Both the position numbers and the translations under genes were made by a program. A DNA stretch of 63,839 nucleotides, counting the filler, from Platydemus manokwari (Eukaryota), in NCBI GenBank assembly GCA_037951405.1. It is 6 parts of 6 records of this genome, joined end to end, with 100 filler letters (N's around TTAATTAATTAA, not from the genome) between each part and the next. Parts side by side here need not be neighbours in the genome. Positions count along the whole stretch, not along the records: positions 50,899 to 63,839 come from JBBMOY011894720.1; 5 more parts are not named here. One strand, written 5' to 3'. Under the pieces are notes generated by a model that was not told the DNA's origin, ran no database searches, and was given only the letters and a program-made list of their open reading frames with translations. Positions 55,617-63,839 of the stretch are shown one piece after another. The first letter of the stretch is position 1; each line of letters starts with the position of its first letter.

Positions 55617-57052
55617 ATATATTATATCTCATTCATTATGGTTTCATTCAAATAATAATATATATTTTTCTGATTGTTGTTTATCTTGGATGTTATTTAG
55701 TGATTTATTGATATATTTTTCATATAATTTGATAATTTGTGTTGTTATTTTGTAGTTATATTCTATTAGTTTTTGTCAATTTTTCCAATTATTATCGACT
55801 GATGTGTACGATTGATATATGGCACTGTGCCATTGTGTGCTTGTTAGTTTCTTGACAATAAATCATTTATGTATAGGTATACATTGTATGTGTGTATTGA
55901 TATTATATCCAACATCTCTACATCCGTTATCTTCTTATGAATCAATTGGTGGTCGAAACAGTGATTTTATAAATATATTCTATCATAACGCCATTGATTG
56001 TGTGAGTGGGTTGTAAACAGAGACACATTAATGTCAATCAAAATTTCAGCTATCTCTAAGGATTTCTTTACCCGATTAGATTATTCTCTCATATTGTCTA
56101 ATAATTTACTTTGATGAATTAATATAATTATTTTATTGTTTTTCTTATTCATTGTTTTGTTTGGAGCTTAATATTTTTTTAATTGGGCTGAACCAGTCAT
56201 ATGATATGCTTAAATATTGATTATCCCCTCTGAAATCCAAGTGGTAACTTGTTCGAGTAACTAGCATGGGTTATGTTTGAGAATATTTTTATGTTTCTTT
56301 TACGATAATTTTGTTTTATTCGTTATCTTTGGTTCCAAAAATCCACATATAATGGACATCTCGGACAGATTAGGAATGAAAGAATTTTCGCTAAGAATGA
56401 ATTATTGATTAGTTTATTTTATACTGGAAGAAAATTGTAAAAAGTTCTAGTAATATGTCATGTGGCTAAAATTGACGAGAGTTATAATGACGGTCTGTGT
56501 TGAAATCCTCCCAAACTCTTTCACTTATCTAAGTCTATTGTATTCGATTTAAGATCCTTGAATTTAATGTCCAGATATTCCTATAACAATGGGATCTAAT
56601 TTCATTTGTGAAATCTTAAATTTCAACTTCATAGCAACTTCTTATGTTTACGCATGACATTAATATAGATATATTCATATTGTAGTTATTATTATTATTC
56701 AATAATCTGATATCAAGTGCATACTTGATTATCTATTGATTTCACTTAATAAAATCGTGGACGATTAATAGATTTAATATTTAATAGAATATAAATGTTG
56801 AGATAAATGAAGCAAGTAAATAAATATATTTCAATAAAAATTACTACAAATTTGAATAATAAACCATTGATTTATTATTAAGGTATTTGTAGAAGTGCAG
56901 GTTGCCAAGGTTAACTGATTTCAACTTGAATTCTAAAGTGTACGATAAATCAATGAAATTATTAACTAATACAAATTTATGCTTGCTGTATGTCGTAATT
57001 TATTGATTGTTTAAACTCTAAATATTTGATTTTGTGAATTATTAATATAAAT

Positions 57053-57367
57053 CATTGATTCCCAAAATAGGCGCTGCAAGGATCTAGAGGGTCGGTGGTG
57101 AATATAAACTCATTTAGGGCCATTATACTATAAGAATGTAAGAAAAATGATTATTAAAAATTTTGATGTATCTCGTTTGCTCTAAACGCTTTAAAGAACG
57201 TACTGTATTAAATATATAAGATTTAATGGAAAAGATAGTAACATTAAGATTTTTGTATAAATTGCTACTAAAAATTGTTAAAAAATTGGTGTGAGTTAGT
57301 TTGGAGCCACTAACTAATATTTATTCTGAAAAGGAGGCGGTACGCCCGAAAAGTTTGGGAATCACTG
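57053..57367. mobile_element. hAT (Charlie-type) MITE
   Basis: TIRs CATTGATTCCCAAA / TTTGGGAATCACTG; 8-bp TSD ATATAAAT / GTATAAAT. Confidence 0.85.
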
Positions 57368-60300
57368 GTATAAATGATTATCATAATCCATTATTGAAGT
57401 GAAATGTAGTTTTATTTATTCCCCTTTTTCTCTAGAAATAAAAGTCTTCCATAGAGCTGATATAAGCATGATCCGATTTTGCTGATTGTCCACGCTGTTT
57501 TCTTCTTTTTCTAATTTTTGTTTGCAATAGAGTCAATACAGTGGGAATTTTTTTTGTGTGTTTGTGTATATAATGTTAATGATTGGTGGTCGATCTCGTG
57601 ATCACTTTATTGTCAGATACTACTCACTAATAAATTTTTCTACTGTGTATTGGTGTTTACGTCATAAATTTATGCGATAGATAAATTCATCGTCATTGGT
57701 ATTTTATTATAGTTTTATATTGCATATATCTCATGATAAAAATCATTTTAGTGTTAGTTGTTTCTTCTTTCTGAGATTCAAAATTGATTTTGGATTTTTC
57801 TTCGGCATTTCAAGCTTCCTGCTTTTCGTTCAAATTTTTATGTGTATTGCTGTGATTTGAAAAATGTTTTATTTCGTATTTGATTTTTTCTTTAATGTTT
57901 TTACGTTTTAATGGCTCAGTACTCAAAATGGATCTCTCCAGACATCATTTAGAGAGATTTAAATGAAGATAAACATGTTATCCAATTACTATTTAAGTTA
58001 CCAGTCGTTACATCTATATTAGAGAGATAATTTCAATGATCTCATATAGTAATGATCATTCTTGTGATCTTGGTTATTATTGATTTATAGGTTTAATGAC
58101 AGAAGTTTAAATTCATATGAAATAACTTGCGATCAGCCAAAGATTTCTTCTCAATATAGTCATTAATATTTTTATTTATCTACTAAAAAATATTCCCAAT
58201 TTCTTTTCAATATGTGAATACCTATTTTCTTAGTTTTTTCCATATCTAGCATCTCAAAAAATGAAAACAATTTATCATTCCGTAATTTCATTGCTGTGTA
58301 TTAAAGAATATGGTAAAATTATGAACATTTCAATTCAACAAAACACATTCTCATCTCATTGCGCAATCTCAGTCAATTAAATTTACGAAACCAAAATATT
58401 TCCTGCAATTCATATGAGTCCGAATATACATATCTCATTCAAACCCACATTATGATTTTTGCAATGACCATGAGTTTTTGTCAAGCTAAGTGCGGTGTAA
58501 TCCCATTAAATATTAATATAAAAAAATGGAACAACAATGAGTAAATTAATTTCTGCAGTGCTATTATCAATAAACAATTTCACGAAAATAATTTTCACTT
58601 TTTATACTCCCATCAAATTGAAAACTTAAATCTGAATTCCACGAATAAAATTTTATGATAATCACTTCATAATGTTCCCTTGCCATTATCTGAAAGATCT
58701 TTTCAACAAAAGAAACATTAGTATCTTTGATCTACAGTCGTTTAGTGAAAACAATTATAATTATAAACGTAATTATACCTACTACAGTAGCGGTGTCTGC
58801 TAATAAATTTGAAATTATATGTTGCATATATTTAGCCGCTACAAGTTGTATAAAGTGTTTTATGTACCTTAGATTCCTTAAATTTAATAGCATTGCTTTT
58901 ATTCATTGTTTGTTTTTGCCGCTATTTTAATTTTGTTTGCACATTTTCTGTCATTGTTTTCAATTAATTTTACACTTTAAGAAACTCAATTTATATTTTA
59001 TTCCAAATATTGATAAGATTTTGGATTGGATTTCATACAAGCTTCAGATTTAATTTCTTTAAAAGACATAAGTATCGAACTTTGGTCATATATTAAGTAA
59101 AGTTTAAAATTTATTATTATTATTAATTTTTTAATATTATTATTATTAACATTAGAATGCATCTTAATTTAAATTTTTAGATTTCAAGCTCCGCTTCAAT
59201 ACCTGATTATCAATTGAAGGTTTTGATATATTAATTAAGCAGTGGAATTTATCGATTTTTATTATATTTTTAACCATCTATTACTATTATTTTATTTTAC
59301 ATATTTAACATTAAATTTTAATTTCAAAATACGATATATTGAAAATATGGAGAATTTCTGCAGTTATTAACTCCAAAACTTTACATAAAATATCTTCTAA
59401 CCAGTTACAAAATATTTAATTTCACCAAGAACAAGGGTACAAGTTTTTCCACATCCCTCCACACCAATAATCTGGAGAATTAAAGACATAAAAATATATA
59501 AGTTCAAAGGTTAGTCACCTCCTTAAATGATCACAAAGCAAAGTTCAGATAAGCATAAGGAGTAGATTTAGGTGTATCCAATATTAAATCACTAATTCCA
59601 GCGTCGATGACATACATATTATTGAATGAGAAGAAATTCTACAAAAAGAAAAACGGATTTGCACTTTAGCACTCTTGTTTAAGCACTTTAAACATTTGTA
59701 TGCCTACACAACCATACAGGCATAGCAATCAACTAATAAATGCGGAGTTAGATGGTAAACGACAAATGGAAAAAGTGGCATTACCATACAACAACAAACA
59801 TATCGAGATTGGCCAATCCCCCGCATGCAAAAACTTAAAAGCTCAACAGGAACACGAAAAAGCAAAGATCGAATCAAAATGTGATACAACATAACACAAA
59901 ATGTTACACACAGATGTCGAATATAAATATCGATGTAAAGATGGCCAACTGTAAGTTGGAAGTATGCCAGGTGTAATTACTTATAAGTCGTACTGAGCCA
60001 TACGTGATTGAAGTACATCTTTTGCCTTCTATTTTTTGGGTCAGAGTTTAGTTAATTGTTCCAGGAGGATCCAAAAATATGAATATTCCCGTTGTTTCAA
60101 TTCATCACGATTTTATCAAGGAAAAAATAATTTAAATTTATATTTTCATTCATAATCATTCATAATTATGCCTATTTATGATAATATGGGTTTCAGCAGG
60201 GTTGGCTTGAAGAAAAACTGTGCATAAAATGTACTTATGTGAGCACCTTGATTTACTTATGTGATTACAAATTAATAGAATTATGAATGATTGATTATTG

Positions 60301-61273
60301 ATTAATAATTAAGAATGAAAAAAAAATTGTATTCATTTTGTTTGGGTTACAAATTGGTCTTATGGAATACTAGTTCTGTATTCGCCGCACCGTAGTATGT
60401 AGTGGAATTTGAAATAAACGGCCCTCAAAATTTACGATTTTCTATCACGTAGGAAATCGTGTTTTATAATTATAATTACAATATAGTAACAAAATTAAAT
60501 TTCTTTAATATTTCTCATCCAATTTTTCCTATCTGTCAAATAAATGAATGACAAATACAGGATGTAAATAATTCTTGGATCAAGGCTAGCATTCATTCTT
60601 GTCTGTTCACTCAATGTTACATTTGAGTCGAACGATCAGAATCAGTTTCACTTGAAATGCCTACAAATCATTTACGTCTCAATTCAATCTAAAATCTTTA
60701 AAAATATCATATCCTATTTCATAAATTTAAATTTTATGTTATCTTTAAATAAAATTTTTCTGAAAAATTATTTTCGCTGCAGTGCTTAAAAATTCCGCAC
60801 GCTTTCTTTTAAATATTTTCTACTCATTGAAGTTAAGCCTTATTGATTGATTCCAGATGTTTTGTTTATGAATGAAATAGTCACCTAGAACACTAACGAG
60901 CACATACATGAGTGGTAGCGTATTTTTATAAATGGTTACGTGGCAATATTATTATGAAACTCATTGCTACAATATTTCTAGTAGTTCTGTAAGACTAACA
61001 AAGCTAAAACATAATTATGACCGAAATAAATATATCATTTGATTTGGAAGAATATTGTAAATTATTAAGTGATTGTCTCGTTGACTTCATGATTCCTCTT
61101 TTTCTCATAGTGTATGGCGTAAAGAAATTTTTAAAATTGAGAAAAAGTAATTTATTATGACTTGCATTATGTGATATCGATCTTATTTGAAAGGACTTGA
61201 AATGATTAAAAGGTCTTTATCTTATCTTTAACACCTAACTGTTATCTTTAAATCTTTTGTAGGCTCATAGACC

Positions 61274-61361
61274 TTCTCAGTTTCAAATCCAAATATATGG
61301 TCACCATGTAAGCCACTACTATTTAATAAAGCACATATTGGAAATGAACTGAAAAGTCACA
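61274..61361 (-). mobile_element. Partial TRIM (LTR end + PBS + start of internal region)
   Basis: ttctcag...atggtcacca|TGTAAGCCACTACT...gaactgaaaagtc matches the junction at 8351-8430. Confidence 0.65.
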
Positions 61362-61609
61362 GTAAAACTTTTGTTTGCTTGCATCAAAATTTATTGTTTC
61401 AAAAATAACACGTCTTTTTTTGAATATTTAAACAAATCTCCTGTTGTTTTTGAGATCATTTTTAGCCACTCAATTCTTCAAGGTTTTGGCTGTCCCTGGA
61501 AATCAAGAAGCACTTGATGTGGGCATAAAAATTTCAAAATCATCTGAGGACCGTCATAACGATATCCGTTCTTCTTTGCCTTGTTTGGTTCTTTCTTCAG
61601 AAAACATCT

Positions 61610-61890
61610 TCTTCATTCTTCGTTCAAACAATATTTCAAAAGGAGAATGCAGAATTGAGCTCAGATATGTTGCGTTGATAATAAATTAATTAAATCTTAA
61701 TTTATCCCAAGTTCGTTTGTCTTATGTCAGCGTACTCATCACAATGTCTCGGACCGCCTTTTACCTGGTGTTGGTATGGGGTGATAAATTCTTGCTTTAT
61801 TTCAAAAGATATTGCTAATTCTTTCCATTCATTTACCTTGAAAATTCTATCTCGATCATTGATTTTGGAGCACCATAAATATAGATTTAA
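61610..61890 (-). mobile_element. Decayed Ty3/gypsy integrase core
   Basis: YGAPKSM..., EWKELAISFEIKQEFITPYQHQVKG and HSPFEILFERR match the GxPxxIxSD, TPYxPQxNG and SPFxxxFGR motifs. Confidence 0.75.
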
Positions 61891-63839
61891 TTAAGCTTAC
61901 TAATTTGCTGAATCTATCTTATAACTTCCGCACAGTGCACAACATCAACAATGATCTGTTTCGAAGGACCAAATTTTTATTCAAATTAAATATCTTAGAT
62001 TTACCTAACTGTCACAATTATTTAACGAAATTAAATATGATTTAAAAATCTATTAAATCGATTTCTAAAAATCATCCTTATTTCAAAAATTTTAACAATT
62101 CACTCCCCCATTCCTATTTTCAATGACTTCATTAAGACGCCTTCATATTGACAGATGTTGAAGAAAAATACAGCGATCGTTAATTTCATGATTGACTATT
62201 GCGCAGGTGTGCCCAATGTATAGTTATCACGGTGTATAACAGGATTATGAATGAAGTTTCTAAATAAAAATAACTCTCTTTATACAGTATTCATATTTAA
62301 GTTAGTAAGTGTATCAGCTATTTTTTACCAAACATAATTTTCTATAGTATTCAGAAATCGATACTAAGTCTGTTTAATATGATTTCGTGATTAAAGTTAT
62401 TTTTAAAAATAATGAGATTCATTTGTAATCCATGATACTTCACTATTAGGATGTTACATTTAAATCAAGAATATAAATTTCAAATAAGGAAATGTTTATT
62501 TCTTTTCAAATATTCTACTCGAATTCCTGTGGCTGTTTGAGGTTAAAAGTTGGTGCATATAATTATCAAATTATAATCAAATCATAACATGAAAAGTAAT
62601 CTATTATTAAATAAATTATCTGAGTTAATAATGGAATCCTTGGACCTAGTTTCATTATAATGAATTTTCACTTGTGAAGTAATTTTATTATTTATTTTAC
62701 TATAGTTAGTTGCTAACACTTCTTCGTTTTTTTATGTTGGATTCAAAAGTCATAATTCTCAACGTGCAAAAAATATATTTTATATTACATATTTTCCAAA
62801 CAAATATTCTTTTATTTTTAACCTTCTTTAATAATTCAAATATTACAAATTATTTTTTAAAATTTCTGAGAGATTACAGTAATTATTTGAGAAAGATAAT
62901 ATTAGATATTTTTAATATAATCAAATAAAAATATTTTTTATAATTATTAATCGTCATTTAAATTTTAAACCTCACATGGACATTAAATTAATTCAGCCCT
63001 ACTGTAAAACTATCAGGGAGATCAATGACTCTAATGCACTAGGGGTTTTATACCCCTGGTCTAAACAAATTGACTCTTAAATGGCAAAAGTATACATATA
63101 ATTTGGATACATATTGTGGTGAATCAAATCATTCGTTATATTTGTTATCAACAAACCACACCTTTTTATTGATCATTTAATATTAACAATAATAGTAAAA
63201 ATCATAAAATATATTCATTATATACATATAAGAATTAATAAAAATATAATTTAAATTTGAATAAAATAGTTTTAATATAGTTTTGATATATAGTGTTTTG
63301 ATAAAGACATACCATTAATTATCGAGTTTATTATAACACAAATAAAAAATGATCCAAAACTGATAATAAAAAATTTGTAAACTAAAGCCAAGAGAACATT
63401 TTGCATTTGCAAACGACAAAAAGTTGATTTTATTATTAGACCCTGCTAGTGGATCTAGAACACTCAATCAAGCTCGATTTGTTGGTTGTAAATTATAGTA
63501 AGATTTTGATAATTTAAATTATATTCTTATTCCATTCATCAAGCCCCACATTTTCAAAGAATAATATTAAAGGTATATATTAAGAATATATTAAGAATAA
63601 TAATATTACATAAATATTGATATTTATCGAGATGATATGAATAATAATTCATGATGAATAAATTTTATATCAAGTGACATTAATCTAGTTTTGTTGTGCT
63701 TATAATATGATTATTGATGGTTTTAGCCATGTTCAAATAATAATATTTTGTATTATTGTTATAATATACTGGTCATCATAATTTTTGACACACCTTATAG
63801 CTTTTGAGGTGGTTGTTTTTTTTGTGTGGGGTTTTGATG

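Noticed and set aside
346-62928. Most 60-90 aa F/I/L/N/K-rich ORFs in the track
   Set aside because: Composition expected by chance in very AT-rich non-coding DNA; many use non-ATG starts.
63041-63057. GC hairpin AGGGGT-TTTAT-ACCCCT as terminator or Helitron end
   Set aside because: No CTRR terminus; prokaryotic terminators are irrelevant here.

Overview
This is AT-rich, intron-containing nuclear DNA from an invertebrate animal (innexin gene, GT-AG introns, eukaryotic 18S fragment), not a prokaryote. Five identical 100-nt spacers (N44-TTAATTAATTAA-N44) join six contigs, so adjacency across spacers means nothing. Recognisable host genes are a complete 8-exon RPRD2-type CID/CREPT gene, the 3' part of a USP30-like deubiquitinase and the 3' end of an innexin; several unidentified exon clusters are also present. 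Much of the rest is decayed Ty3/gypsy, LINE and DNA-transposon debris plus an 18S rRNA pseudogene. Highlight 1: an uninterrupted minus-strand frame (20996-21831) matches, motif by motif, the C-terminal half of a nairovirus-type nucleoprotein. It may have gained a host start exon and intron and lies head-to-head with RPRD2, making it a candidate domesticated RNA-virus gene. Highlight 2: a miniature LTR retrotransposon (TRIM) family with a tRNA-Arg PBS and PPT, a tandem LTR-internal array and a solo LTR with a 5-bp TSD. Highlight 3: a templated insertion copied from a neighbouring exon. Highlight 4: a cluster of RFX X-box motifs. All family assignments come from manual translation and remembered motifs, not database searches.
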